A DNA stretch of 38,207 nt from a virus. A program made the translations under genes and the position numbers. The notes under the pieces were generated by a model. It worked only from the letters and a program-made list of their open reading frames with translations, ran no database searches and had not been told where the DNA came from. This document shows, in pieces, positions 23,398 through 34,205 of this stretch (its first letter is position 1; each line of letters opens with the position of its first letter). The stretch is from the UHGV virus genome UHGV-0368255; one strand, 5' to 3'.

Positions 23398-25578
23398 CTA
23401 GTCTATATAGTATTGAATTGGCGCTAAAAACAAGTTGACTGTTCCCCTAAATGAAGGTAGACCGCAAACGCCGTTCGGTCGGATATAAGCCATCCCGCCA
23501 TTGTCTAAAGTATTGCTACTTTGTGGTGGTAACAAGAATTGATACTCATAATTATCAGTTGGATTACTTGGTCTAAATCCTTCTGGAATCGTACAAAAAT
23601 CTTGTGTACTTAGCGTGCTACCTTTTAATGATCCACGGAACATTACTAGTTTTCCAATTCTCCTGATTTGTCCCTGTTTGTTCCAGGAGTGGCCGTTGAT
23701 CGCTGTTAGATTTACCCATCCAGTATCTTCTGGAACTGTAGCAACTTCTTTACCTGCAATCTGTAACCCATCCTCAAAGTTTTTTAAACCTTCAACTGAC
23801 TGTGGTTCGGTCAAACTAACCGTATTATTCAAGCTTTTTTCAGTATATTCAGGTGTGATATCCCAACTGTAATCATTCGGATTGTTGCTGTCTTTCAATC
23901 CTTCACCGAAGTATTTAAACTGACTAATATTAGGGGTTCTGGTGTCTCCTTTTTCAATCTTGAGCCAGTCTATTTTTACAGTACCTTTTGTTTCACTTGG
24001 AAACTGATATACAGCTAGAGTTCGTAGTGCGCCTGCGTCTATGCTAGCCTGTGTTACTGTGAACTCTCCTTGCCATGTATCTGTTAATCCTTCAACTGGA
24101 TACAAATCAGCAGCTTTAATTGTACCGCCGTTTAGATATGCTATAAATCGCTGAGTTGCTGGCTTGGTTGCTTTCATAGTTAACACATATTTCTGGTTAA
24201 CTTTGTAGTCTTCTACATTGGCTTTTGAATAAACAGAGTATTCAGTTGTAGTAATAGGAAACTGAACATCTTTGTTTGCGATATTCTCACCCAAAGGCGC
24301 TTTACCTAGCCAGTAAGGGTCATCTAGTAAGTTAGGTTGATATGGGGTGGCTGTAGAGCCACGTTCAACTTTAATATTTTCGATTAAAACCGTTCCGACA
24401 AATGGGTCTGTTGATGTTGTATTAATTGTGAAGTACATTCTATCGAACTTTGATGGATCTGTTGCAGTGCTAGAATTGGCTGTTATAGATATCCTAGTCT
24501 TCTGACCAACAATAGCTTCTTTACCTGTTAATGGTAATATAATTGTTCCGTTAGGACTTTTCCTATAACCTAACCTTAAATTTTCTAGTTTACCTGTGTA
24601 TCCCTCAGAAACGGTAACATCTGCACTTAATGTATATTGAGTATTTGGTAATAAAGCTGGAATATTTTTCATAGATTCTAAAAAAGCAGCCCCATCAGTT
24701 TTAGTGAAAGTTACTTTTAAGGCATTCCCAGCATCTTCCACAGTAACACCAGACTGCGTATAAAAATTACTAGCTTTTAACGGTATTATTAAATTCGGAT
24801 TCCCAGAATAATCATAGTCCCCGAAGTCGATGCTGTTACTGTACATCTTTTTCAGCTTGCCGAGGTCGCCGATTTGCTGATTGGTTTGATTCATCTTGTC
24901 TTCAACTGCTTTAAGATTGTTTTGTGCCGATGTAACGTTTTGAGAAACGGTATCAATCTTAGTTTGAGTAGCTTGTAGTTGCTCTGTTACCTCGTCAACA
25001 GTTTGATCAATTGCTTGTGTGGCTCCCTGTACAAATTCATTTATTTGTTGGTTTGCCTTTTCAATCGTAGAATCCACATTTGTTAATGCTGCGTTAACAG
25101 CATCTGTCGCCTCTTGTTTGACCCCATCAAGTAGTTGTTGAAAGTCCTTAAAATAATATTCTCCATTCAATTGAACATCGCCATCAATGATAGATTTCTC
25201 AATATTAAAAGTAAACGCCAAATTGTCCGTATGACTACCATCTGGAAAATCAATATAAACATTGGCATCAACTTTACCCTCGTAAGAAAGTAACATGTCA
25301 GGAATCCGGTATTTTACAATCCCTTGCATGTAGCTTTCAGTAATGATCTGATTATCAAAAATTGGGAACTCCTTTTTCTCTTTCCCTTGATAGATGTACA
25401 TAAAAAGACGAACAGTCGCATCGATTAAATCGGTCGGACTTCCGTCTTGATTTTCAATATTAAATTGTAAAACACCAGCATTTTTATCATAAGATTTAAA
25501 AGTAAAGCCTGTAATCTTGGTGGCACGACTAACTGGTTCTGTAGGTACGGTGATCTCACCAACTTTTCTGTCTGCCAA
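23398..25578 (-). CDS. tail fibre / receptor-binding protein (BppU-like N-terminus, central coiled coil, C-terminal beta-rich head)
   Basis: 726 aa. Long Q/N/T-rich coiled-coil segment at residues 150-240. Lies downstream of the baseplate genes. Confidence 0.55.
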   Translation of the reverse strand: MADRKVGEITVPTEPVSRATKITGFTFKSYDKNAGVLQFNIENQDGSPTDLIDATVRLFMYIYQGKEKKEFPIFDNQIITESYMQGIVKYRIPDMLLSYEGKVDANVYIDFPDGSHTDNLAFTFNIEKSIIDGDVQLNGEYYFKDFQQLLDGVKQEATDAVNAALTNVDSTIEKANQQINEFVQGATQAIDQTVDEVTEQLQATQTKIDTVSQNVTSAQNNLKAVEDKMNQTNQQIGDLGKLKKMYSNSIDFGDYDYSGNPNLIIPLKASNFYTQSGVTVEDAGNALKVTFTKTDGAAFLESMKNIPALLPNTQYTLSADVTVSEGYTGKLENLRLGYRKSPNGTIILPLTGKEAIVGQKTRISITANSSTATDPSKFDRMYFTINTTSTDPFVGTVLIENIKVERGSTATPYQPNLLDDPYWLGKAPLGENIANKDVQFPITTTEYSVYSKANVEDYKVNQKYVLTMKATKPATQRFIAYLNGGTIKAADLYPVEGLTDTWQGEFTVTQASIDAGALRTLAVYQFPSETKGTVKIDWLKIEKGDTRTPNISQFKYFGEGLKDSNNPNDYSWDITPEYTEKSLNNTVSLTEPQSVEGLKNFEDGLQIAGKEVATVPEDTGWVNLTAINGHSWNKQGQIRRIGKLVMFRGSLKGSTLSTQDFCTIPEGFRPSNPTDNYEYQFLLPPQSSNTLDNGGMAYIRPNGVCGLPSFRGTVNLFLAPIQYYID

Positions 25579-25593
25579 ATCAATCCCTCCTTC

Positions 25594-26352
25594 CTACTTA
25601 ACGCCTTCTATCTTGATGATTTGAATTTCTGCGTTTGTATTTTTGTGGTAATTCATATTTTCAGTGATTGCTACTTGGGCCGAACGCGCAATTTTATACC
25701 GTGTATCTGTCACACGTTCTAATTTCAATTCGTACATTTCCATTCCGCCGGCATCGTCGTATAGGTTCGTGAACATAACGACTGGACTGGTCACGTTGTC
25801 CGCCTCATATACTTGTCCGCCCCATCCGGCAATGTGGATGCGGATAGAGGTATAATGTTTCATACTGTCTGTTAAGTCGATTGTCGTACCTTTACCCGAT
25901 TTCTCGCCTTCAAACAGTGTGAATGTGGTGACTAGCTTGCGAAAGCCCGGACTGTTATATCCGTTGTCTTTGCCGTGCGTACGCGCGATGTAGATGTTAC
26001 CGCCGTAACCGTCAGATATCCAAATCAGCTTACGTTCGTTGTGTTCTTGCATGACGCCTAGTAACATGATTGAGCCATCGCCAAACATCGTGATTTGTCC
26101 GTTTTTGTACCATTGATTAGTGGTAGCGTAAAAGCCTGGTGGTACATCGTACACATTGGTGTATGTCCACCCTAGCTCGTTATCTTTCAAAGCAATGCCA
26201 CGCGCATTCATCGCAATCTCTGGCGTACAAAACCCAGCGTTTAAAGGTGTAGCATCGACATGCGCTTGTTGCGGCGTACCATCGAAATGAATTGCTAATT
26301 GTTGTAAAATCCACTTGACAGATTTTTGCAATTTTTTAATTTCTTTTTCCAC
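25594..26352 (-). CDS. hypothetical tail/baseplate protein
   Basis: 252 aa ORF between two tail genes. Confidence 0.4.
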   Translation of the reverse strand: MEKEIKKLQKSVKWILQQLAIHFDGTPQQAHVDATPLNAGFCTPEIAMNARGIALKDNELGWTYTNVYDVPPGFYATTNQWYKNGQITMFGDGSIMLLGVMQEHNERKLIWISDGYGGNIYIARTHGKDNGYNSPGFRKLVTTFTLFEGEKSGKGTTIDLTDSMKHYTSIRIHIAGWGGQVYEADNVTSPVVMFTNLYDDAGGMEMYELKLERVTDTRYKIARSAQVAITENMNYHKNTNAEIQIIKIEGVK

Positions 26353-26364
26353 TGATGAAACCTC

Positions 26365-28110
26365 CTAATACGTGAAATTGCGATTAGTGTAGTGGCCCAC
26401 ACCTTGTACTTTAATCGTACGTTTTGCCGTATCAATTTGTACGTTTGCGAACCCTGCTTCATTCGCTGTGTTGTATTCCTCTTCGGAAGGAAAAGCTTTT
26501 GTTCCTACAATGATTGGCGTTGTACCTAGATATTTCACTGTTTCATAGTGCCAATGCCCCGCAAAGATTGCCGCAACTGTTCCGCGTCCTTTTGTTGCGA
26601 AGTTGTAAGTCTTTTGTCCCATAGGACTCGGGTTGTAACCGTTCATTGTATTGTAATCAATAGTTACGCTTGCTCCTTGTTTGAAGCCGTCTAGTAAGGT
26701 TCCTAGTTTCGTCACGTTTGCTACGTCGTTTTCTCTTTCCATAGGTACATGTCCTACAATTACAACGTGATAGCTTCTATCAAGTTGTTCTAACCATTGT
26801 CCAAAGGCATGCAATTGGTTTTGCCCTAGTTTTCCATGAGGAAACTCAGCACCGTTGTAATATCCAGAAAACTCGATGAATTTTCCTTGTGAGTTCGTAT
26901 GATCTTCGAAGTCATCGGTATCGATACGGTAAATCGCAACTTTTTTGTTAGGGAACAAATTAGGGCCGTAACGGCTATCATATGCTACGGCAATATCCGA
27001 TCCTGTCAACGAATCGAGCCGTGAACGTCCGTCGTTTGCGTATGGGATTTTACCTGTTTCGTGGTTACCACGGCAAAGAATGATCGGAACTTCTGCTCCT
27101 GCTGTCGCTACGCTAGCAAAGCGTTTCAACACGTGTAAGTTCTTCGCGCGTCTTTCTTGTTCGGTATAAGGATAAATACCCGACGCTGTTCCTCCACTGT
27201 ATCCATCGATATTATCCCCGCCGTATACCATCGCGTCCGTAAAGGTTTCTAGCGTTCTAAATTGCCCGACGATATTCCAGCGGCGTTCCATCTTGTCTTT
27301 TTGGTCAAAGTGATCGGCAAATTGTTGGTGTGAATCGACGTGCGTGTCCGTGATAAACCCCATGTTGAACTTAGTTTTGTCCGCTTGTGCGATCACTGTA
27401 TCTAAGTTAGTAGGACGAACCCAGTTATACGATCCTCTGTCGTAGAAAAGTTTGTCTCTTTTGATTGGCACTTGTTCTGCACCTTTAGGAACATTGAATG
27501 TTTTATTTTGAATATCATCTAAGCGAGCGGCTAAACTGTCATAATCTCCTTTTGCTTCATTCAAAATGTCAATGATCGTACCACCTGGATCGATATTTTC
27601 CAGTATTTCACGATTATCTTCTAACCACTGCTCCCAGTCATTTTTGCCCTGATCCATGTAATCTTTGAATTTTCTTAGCAAATCCTCAAAGGTCCACACA
27701 TAGCCAGAATCACGTAACTGGCTTCTAGATATTCCAGAAATGACTCGATAGGTAAAATCCTGTGTGCTAAATTGTTCACTCCAAGTTCCATCACCATTAA
27801 GTGATCGGAAACTGAAATGTGCGGTGTTTTCACCACCCCATTGCCAGTCAGGCTCACTTAAGGTGTAAACAAGCCTTGCTTGTGCTGGACTGTATTCTTG
27901 TACTTTTTGTTCAACAGGTTGGTTTTCGCCAAATTTTGTTATATTAATAAAAAATGGCACTAGGCCATCGAATGTTTTTAGTTTGCCATGTTCCACCACT
28001 TCAACAACGAACTTTTGCGTTAAAACATCCCCTTGCCGAATTCGAACCAAATTTATTCCGTTATTTGGTTCGGTGGTGGATAGGACCATTTTATGTTGCG
28101 TTTCTGCCAC
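26365..28110 (-). CDS. tail/baseplate protein containing a calcineurin-like metallophosphoesterase domain
   Basis: Motifs GDNIDGY, CRGNHETG, VIVGHVPM and GHWHYE give the GDxxD/GNHE/GH/GHxH metallophosphatase signature. Probable GTG start at 28110 with a GGAGGG RBS. The track ATG at 28185 overlaps the upstream gene by 62 nt. Confidence 0.55.
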   Translation of the reverse strand: MAETQHKMVLSTTEPNNGINLVRIRQGDVLTQKFVVEVVEHGKLKTFDGLVPFFINITKFGENQPVEQKVQEYSPAQARLVYTLSEPDWQWGGENTAHFSFRSLNGDGTWSEQFSTQDFTYRVISGISRSQLRDSGYVWTFEDLLRKFKDYMDQGKNDWEQWLEDNREILENIDPGGTIIDILNEAKGDYDSLAARLDDIQNKTFNVPKGAEQVPIKRDKLFYDRGSYNWVRPTNLDTVIAQADKTKFNMGFITDTHVDSHQQFADHFDQKDKMERRWNIVGQFRTLETFTDAMVYGGDNIDGYSGGTASGIYPYTEQERRAKNLHVLKRFASVATAGAEVPIILCRGNHETGKIPYANDGRSRLDSLTGSDIAVAYDSRYGPNLFPNKKVAIYRIDTDDFEDHTNSQGKFIEFSGYYNGAEFPHGKLGQNQLHAFGQWLEQLDRSYHVVIVGHVPMERENDVANVTKLGTLLDGFKQGASVTIDYNTMNGYNPSPMGQKTYNFATKGRGTVAAIFAGHWHYETVKYLGTTPIIVGTKAFPSEEEYNTANEAGFANVQIDTAKRTIKVQGVGHYTNRNFTY

Positions 28111-28123
28111 GACTATCCCTCCT

Positions 28124-30970
28124 TTAGAAATTGATATAGTCTCTTGCATTATGGAAATGGCCAGAAGAAGATGGATAAAATTCATCCATAAATTGGAAAT
28201 GAAGATGTTCTCCAGTTGATGGTCCCGTTGTCCCCATCAGTCCAATTTGCTGACCAGCAGTTACTTTTTGACCTTTTGAGACATCCACACGGCTTTGATG
28301 TGCATAACCTGTATACATTCCATCAGCATGTTTGATTACTGTCCAGTTTCCATACCAGTCATAATAGTTCGCATCTCCTGCAACGATCACTTCGCCATCT
28401 GCTGAAGCAAATATAGGTGTATTAGGGTTTCCATTTACAAGGTCAATACCGTTATGAAACTCTTGTGCTCCTGTGATTGGAGAAGTGCGCCAGCCAAATT
28501 CGCTCGTCACTGTGATTGGATCTGCAATTGGTTTTATATATCCTTTTGATGCAGGAATTTCCAAATCTTTAAATTTGTCATACCATTCTTGTGCCCATGT
28601 CGTCCGTTCTGGATGTGGATCACGTGGACGTTCAAAGTTAGCCACGAATGCTTGTGCTGCTATGTTGATATCGGTCAGATTCATGAATTGTGTCCATGTA
28701 TAAGGATAAGCGCTAGTTGCGATCCATTGACCATTTGGTGCATGCCACATCAACAATTTGAACTGCGCCGTGATCGTGTCTGGATCATCACTGATGCCAG
28801 CCTTTGTCATTAAATTGGTCATGTAGACACGTCCGCTAGTTGCGCCAGAAGAATCGGTCCATTGCCATACACCATAACCGAACCCAGGTGCGCCATTACC
28901 CTCATCGGCGGTTGGATTAGCATCTGATTCTCCTTGAGCATTTCCAAGTAAGGCTGCAGCAGCTTGTTTAGTAAAGCCTGCACCTATAGCCATTGCCCAA
29001 ATCTGCCAATAACGTTTATCCCGATCAGTAGTCACTTCTGGTGGATATTGTCCATTCCAACCGTTATCGTTTCCTCCGGTATTGTCTCCTCCATTATTGC
29101 CACCACCGTTTGTATCGATTTTAACGCCATTCACATATAATTCTTTGACATCTAGACGGCCATCCATGGTTATATTCCCTTTTGAAAATTTACCATCACC
29201 GTAAAGATTATATTTACGCTTATCAGCAGTAACATCTGCTGGAATTTGAAAAACAGGATTTCCTCGATCGCCGCCGTCCCCAGCGTTAATGGAAAAAATA
29301 TAGTTTGGTTCTTTCCATACAGCAAACCCATTTATTTTTCCGCCTCCATAAGTCGCTACGATGGATCCAAGCGATTCTCCGTGAACATCGTCAAGCCCAG
29401 TTGAAATGACCTTTTTTTCAAAAGAAAGTTGTCCTCCTTCTGCCACTAATTGGAAATCTTTATCATCCAATGTCTTTAAAGCTACCCCTTGCACGAGAAT
29501 ACCTGAAAGAATTCCTGCTTTAATAAAATTAGCATTGAAAGTTCCATCCAACGTCCACGCAGTCGTACTATCGCCATTGTGTACATCTTGGATTGTTTTC
29601 CATTCACCTTTCTTACACTGTTTGAAAGATATTCCTGAGTTATTTTGGACCATAAAAAAGCGTGATCCAGGAATGTTAGGTCCATCCATATAAACAGTTT
29701 CATAGATTTCTCTACTATCACTAACACCAGCTTCAATTCCATTTACCCAATAAATAGAACCGCCATTATCTCCTGCGCCTCGCATAATGTCATCTTGATA
29801 TTTTCCAATCTCTGTTGATTCGTAAAATGTCATTTTGCTAGATTCTAAACTATTAATATTATTGACAATAGAAGCCGTTTGTTTTCTAACATCTTGTGTT
29901 AAATTATCCCCTAGTTCGATATTCGTTTGACCGGTAAGCCGATTGAATGTAGTTTTATAAATACGAGTTTTATAGTGATAACCTTTATCGTATCTGTGAA
30001 TAGTCACTGTATTTCCTATCACATCTCCTCCAGTGACTTCAGCTTTGAATTGTACTAACGGTCTAGCAGAATCGATTAAGGTTGAATAAGTATTTTTAAG
30101 TAATTCTGTTGGATCATCTATATCATCAAACACTACTACGGTTTCTCGTTTTCTCATTGATCCATCTTTTTGTGGTATCCCATACTTTTGAGTTGCTTCC
30201 GGATCTTCAAGCCAATTTTGGCCTTTAGGCTTATCTAAAGGATCACCATTCGACTTTTTCCATTCAACATCAGTGAATTCAATTCTTCTACCGTATCCGT
30301 CACCAACCTCTTCGCCTCGCCCACGACCTATCATTGAAGTTGAGATTGAGCTTCTATCTATCTCTCTTACAACTGTTAATGCTTTACTACCATATACAAA
30401 ACGTGTATTCGATTCTTCACCAATTTGTTCATATACTTCGATCCATTTATCCTTTATTCCATCAGAATTCAAAGAACACCTAAAGACAAATTCCATGCCT
30501 AAGGTTTGCAATTCTTTCAACGCTTCTTTTACAGAGACATAGTAAAAAGTTGCAGTTACTGTTGGTAACATTGCTTCTACGTGACCAACGCGCCAATTTC
30601 CTTCAGTAAATTCAATCAATCGATCAAGAACGTTTTTTAAGGGCTGCCCACTCGGCCTAATATCTTTGATGATGTAAGCATCTAATTCATTTGTCGCAAA
30701 TCCTAACCCTGTAAACTCTAATGTTTCAGATGGGTCGCTAACTTTAGTAATTCGATACAACGAAAAAGACGACTCGTTTTCACGAATCGCCATATATCTT
30801 GCATCCTCTATTTCTTTATCATATTTTGTCGTAACGTAAAGAGTATCTTTCATTAGATCACTCTTATCAGAACTAATTTCTTTTTCTTGGGAGACTTCAA
30901 TTAAACTTCTTTTATTTTTTCTTTTAATAAGTTTTTGCAAGTGATCAAAGAAATAAACTGTCTCACTCAA
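28124..30970 (-). CDS. tail-associated lysin (Tal): tail endopeptidase N-domain, central region, phage-tail-lysozyme-like domain and C-terminal M23 peptidase
   Basis: 948 aa. GNAQGESD...GYGVWQWT is lysozyme-like. HNGIDL...GYAH...GEHLHFQF are M23 motifs. Confidence 0.7.
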   Translation of the reverse strand: MSETVYFFDHLQKLIKRKNKRSLIEVSQEKEISSDKSDLMKDTLYVTTKYDKEIEDARYMAIRENESSFSLYRITKVSDPSETLEFTGLGFATNELDAYIIKDIRPSGQPLKNVLDRLIEFTEGNWRVGHVEAMLPTVTATFYYVSVKEALKELQTLGMEFVFRCSLNSDGIKDKWIEVYEQIGEESNTRFVYGSKALTVVREIDRSSISTSMIGRGRGEEVGDGYGRRIEFTDVEWKKSNGDPLDKPKGQNWLEDPEATQKYGIPQKDGSMRKRETVVVFDDIDDPTELLKNTYSTLIDSARPLVQFKAEVTGGDVIGNTVTIHRYDKGYHYKTRIYKTTFNRLTGQTNIELGDNLTQDVRKQTASIVNNINSLESSKMTFYESTEIGKYQDDIMRGAGDNGGSIYWVNGIEAGVSDSREIYETVYMDGPNIPGSRFFMVQNNSGISFKQCKKGEWKTIQDVHNGDSTTAWTLDGTFNANFIKAGILSGILVQGVALKTLDDKDFQLVAEGGQLSFEKKVISTGLDDVHGESLGSIVATYGGGKINGFAVWKEPNYIFSINAGDGGDRGNPVFQIPADVTADKRKYNLYGDGKFSKGNITMDGRLDVKELYVNGVKIDTNGGGNNGGDNTGGNDNGWNGQYPPEVTTDRDKRYWQIWAMAIGAGFTKQAAAALLGNAQGESDANPTADEGNGAPGFGYGVWQWTDSSGATSGRVYMTNLMTKAGISDDPDTITAQFKLLMWHAPNGQWIATSAYPYTWTQFMNLTDINIAAQAFVANFERPRDPHPERTTWAQEWYDKFKDLEIPASKGYIKPIADPITVTSEFGWRTSPITGAQEFHNGIDLVNGNPNTPIFASADGEVIVAGDANYYDWYGNWTVIKHADGMYTGYAHQSRVDVSKGQKVTAGQQIGLMGTTGPSTGEHLHFQFMDEFYPSSSGHFHNARDYINF

Positions 30971-31755
30971 ATTGTCGCCCCCCTATAGAATATTTTAAGG
31001 TTTCCATTATTGCTAGTTATCTTCTGACCTTGCTTGAGATAAAAGTTCTCAAAATCACTTTCTAAATCAATAATAGAAGTACAATCTTCTCCGTTTACAG
31101 TTACTTGCTCATCGGAGAAATCAAAAATCAACACGTCTCCTGTTTTTATTGCCGCGTCAGTAATCGTGATATTTTGTTCTCCGTTTGTAATTTTGATTGA
31201 ATTATTCATGGATAAAGTGACTTCAATTTTTCTTGGTGTTATAGGAAACTGTATCGGATTTCCAATATAGCCATCACTAACACATTCTTTTGTATACTTT
31301 AGTGGGTCCGCACAGAATACATTAAAACTTGAAATAATAGAGTTGGAGTCTCCTGGAACAGTATCAGTTGATGTATAGCGACCGTAGTAATAAAAATCTA
31401 ATTCATCATGAAACCTAATTTCCACGTCTTCATTCCGGTATAAATAATTCAACAGCTCTTTGAATTTAAACTGTAATTTTTCTGGATCTCTGTCTTCCAA
31501 CTTGTATGTTATTTTTAGTGTTCTTGGAGGTATTTTCTGATTTGTAATGATTGAACCAATTTGTATATCTTGCTGTTCAACTTCTACAGAAAGCATTTCT
31601 CTACCTTCAACCGTGAGTGTTTGATACCCCTCAATCAAATCTTCTAAATACATTCCATCGTACATCATGGCAGACGTTGGAAGGAATCGTTTAGAACTAT
31701 TGAGATTAATAGTTGTATCTTTGAATGAGTACATTTTATTTTCTCGCTGATCCAA
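30967..31755 (-). CDS. distal tail protein (Dit)
   Basis: 262 aa gene between the tape measure and Tal. Confidence 0.6.
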   Translation of the reverse strand: MDQRENKMYSFKDTTINLNSSKRFLPTSAMMYDGMYLEDLIEGYQTLTVEGREMLSVEVEQQDIQIGSIITNQKIPPRTLKITYKLEDRDPEKLQFKFKELLNYLYRNEDVEIRFHDELDFYYYGRYTSTDTVPGDSNSIISSFNVFCADPLKYTKECVSDGYIGNPIQFPITPRKIEVTLSMNNSIKITNGEQNITITDAAIKTGDVLIFDFSDEQVTVNGEDCTSIIDLESDFENFYLKQGQKITSNNGNLKIFYRGATI

Positions 31756-31766
31756 AATATTCCCTC

Positions 31767-33791
31767 CTAAAATTCTAGATTAATGTCTGCACCTTCGCCC
31801 ATAGCTTGTGAAATATCGTCCACAAACAATCTAAACGATTGTCTTCCAAGATTGAATTTAAATACAGCTGGTTTAGTAGAGCCACCCATATTTACTTTAT
31901 GTTCAACTTCTGCACCAATGTTTTTATTTGCATTTTTCAGATTTGTAGCTATATCTACATCAGGATTTGCATTGAAAAGTTCCGCGATAAAGTCCGCCAT
32001 ACCTCCAACAGTATTCTGTACATCATTGAATCCTCCCATCAGACCTTTATGCAGACCATTCATAATAGCCTGACCAGCTGGAATCAATAGCTTTCTATCG
32101 TATTGGATAGGTCCTTTGTGTTCACGAATCCAATCACCAATACCTCCAACAAAATCTTGCACAGATTTCCATGCATTTTGTAACCCTTCTAGAAAACTAT
32201 CCATGATGGCTTTTCCGGCTGCTAATAAGTCGATATTTTTCAAGTTATCAAACCAGCCAGTTACTCTATCCACCGTATCACTAACAGCATTTACTAAATT
32301 ATCCCATGCCTCTTGAGCACCATTTACTAAGTTGTTAAAAGTATTAATAGTCCCTTGCTTTAGATTTTCCCATCCTTGAATTATATTATCTTTCGCCCCT
32401 GTAATTAAGTTGATAATCCACGACTTAAAGGAGTCCCAAATATTTTTTGCACCTTGAATCGTATTGTTGAACAAGTTGATTGTTCCTTGTTTTAAGTTGT
32501 TCCAGGCTTGTTTTACGTTATTAGAAATGCTATTCGATGTCTCCGATAACCAAGACGTAAACTTGTCCCAAACATTTCTTACCCATTCAACAGACGTGCT
32601 TACAATATTTTTAATTGAATCCCACAAATTAATCCAAAAATTACGAAATCCTTCACTTGTATTCCACAAGTAAATAAATGCACCCACTAACAAAATGATA
32701 CCAGTTATTATCAATCCTATTGGATTAGCAGTCATAACAGCGTTCATCAATTGTTGTGCGGTTGTATATATTTTTACAGCTTTAGTTGCTATCCCCATAA
32801 CAGTTTGATAAGTTACAACTGCTGCGACTATTGCTGTAATCATCGGTAAGAAAGGTTCGATAATTTGATAAAGAGTAGATAAAAAACTAATAACAGATGG
32901 TAAAACAGTAATGATTGTATTGAAAATGTTCGTAATTAGACCTTGTAATTTGCTCAAATTTTCAGCAATCGAACCAAGACCAGCATTTTGCATTCCTTCA
33001 TCAATAGCTTTAAAGATATTTGCCAAACCTTTAACAACTGCTGTTTTTATATTTTGAAATGAGGTTTTAATTCCGGCTGAGTTTTTCTTAGCTAGATCAG
33101 CAAAACCGCCAACGCCATCGTTTAACTCAATTAATCGATTGTTAAAATCGTCAAAAGTGATTTTACCACTCTGTAATGCAGAATAAAGATCAGTGACAGA
33201 GTTAACACCTTGATCTTTGAATGACTTTGCTACTTTATCCATTGCAATCGGCATAGTTTCTTGTAATGTTCGCCATGACTGCATATCGACTGTACCTTTT
33301 GCTAACATTTGTTGATATTGTTGCATTCCTCGGCTTGCATCAGCTGTAGAAGCACCTGATGCTAAAAAAGCATTGTTTAAGGCTAGGGCTGTGTCTGTTC
33401 CTTTATTTAAGCTACCCGTTGAGATAGCTAATTGCTGTGTATTTGAAACAATTTCATCTAATGAAGTTGGCAACCCATCTATACCCTTAGTCAATTTTTG
33501 CATTGATCCATCAACTTCTTGCGTGGAATATCCTAGTGCCTTCATCACCGTAGGATATTTATTAAGCGTATCAAAACGATTAACCGCACCACCGACTGAT
33601 TGTGTCACTGTTTGAACGGCTGCATCCAACACTTTGAAAATGCCCATACCCTTTGCAATATCCGTAATAGAAGTACCAAACTTTTTTGTATTGTCTTGCA
33701 AACCATCCGTTTCATTTTGAGCACTTTTCATTGTAGATGAAAAATTCTTATCAACTGCTGTAAGGATCGCTTGCACAGAATAGCTTTCCAT
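31767..33791 (-). CDS. tail tape measure protein
   Basis: 674 aa. Alpha-helical with internal hydrophobic segments. Lies after the G/GT chaperones. Confidence 0.8.
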   Translation of the reverse strand: MESYSVQAILTAVDKNFSSTMKSAQNETDGLQDNTKKFGTSITDIAKGMGIFKVLDAAVQTVTQSVGGAVNRFDTLNKYPTVMKALGYSTQEVDGSMQKLTKGIDGLPTSLDEIVSNTQQLAISTGSLNKGTDTALALNNAFLASGASTADASRGMQQYQQMLAKGTVDMQSWRTLQETMPIAMDKVAKSFKDQGVNSVTDLYSALQSGKITFDDFNNRLIELNDGVGGFADLAKKNSAGIKTSFQNIKTAVVKGLANIFKAIDEGMQNAGLGSIAENLSKLQGLITNIFNTIITVLPSVISFLSTLYQIIEPFLPMITAIVAAVVTYQTVMGIATKAVKIYTTAQQLMNAVMTANPIGLIITGIILLVGAFIYLWNTSEGFRNFWINLWDSIKNIVSTSVEWVRNVWDKFTSWLSETSNSISNNVKQAWNNLKQGTINLFNNTIQGAKNIWDSFKSWIINLITGAKDNIIQGWENLKQGTINTFNNLVNGAQEAWDNLVNAVSDTVDRVTGWFDNLKNIDLLAAGKAIMDSFLEGLQNAWKSVQDFVGGIGDWIREHKGPIQYDRKLLIPAGQAIMNGLHKGLMGGFNDVQNTVGGMADFIAELFNANPDVDIATNLKNANKNIGAEVEHKVNMGGSTKPAVFKFNLGRQSFRLFVDDISQAMGEGADINLEF

Positions 33792-33806
33792 ACCCTACCT
33801 CCTTTC

Positions 33807-34205
33807 TTATTTATTTGCTTTTTTAATCAGATTGACCAGTTCGCTGTCTATTACCTCTTTTACTCCGATAATTTCTTGCTCTTTTTGTTTATAATCAAAG
33901 AAAGATTTGAAGGTTTGATAAATCGGAACTTGTTTTTTACCTTTTTTCTCTTGTGCTTGAACTTCGTAATTTTTCCAAGCGGCAAGATGAATCAAATATT
34001 CTTTGTCTAACATTTTTAACTGATGAGCTTTTTGTCTTAGTCTGTATTCGCTTATTGTTAAGCGATCCATTTGATTAAAATCATTTATTCCCAAATAACG
34101 TAGACAATTCAATTGAAACTCTTCATAAATTTCATCAAAATCTATCTTTTTTGTAATTCTTCTAGAAGTTGGTTTGTCTTCAATTTTGTAAATTCCGACT
34201 TTTTT
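33807..34205 (-). CDS. tail assembly chaperone GT-type frameshift extension (-1 frame relative to 34142..34486)
   Basis: Frame open from 34220 to 33807 with no ATG start (the track begins at a TTG). It is entered from the upstream ORF at the A_AAA_AAG heptamer (34199..34205). Confidence 0.6.
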   Translation of the reverse strand, partial: KKVGIYKIEDKPTSRRITKKIDFDEIYEEFQLNCLRYLGINDFNQMDRLTISEYRLRQKAHQLKMLDKEYLIHLAAWKNYEVQAQEKKGKKQVPIYQTFKSFFDYKQKEQEIIGVKEVIDSELVNLIKKANK

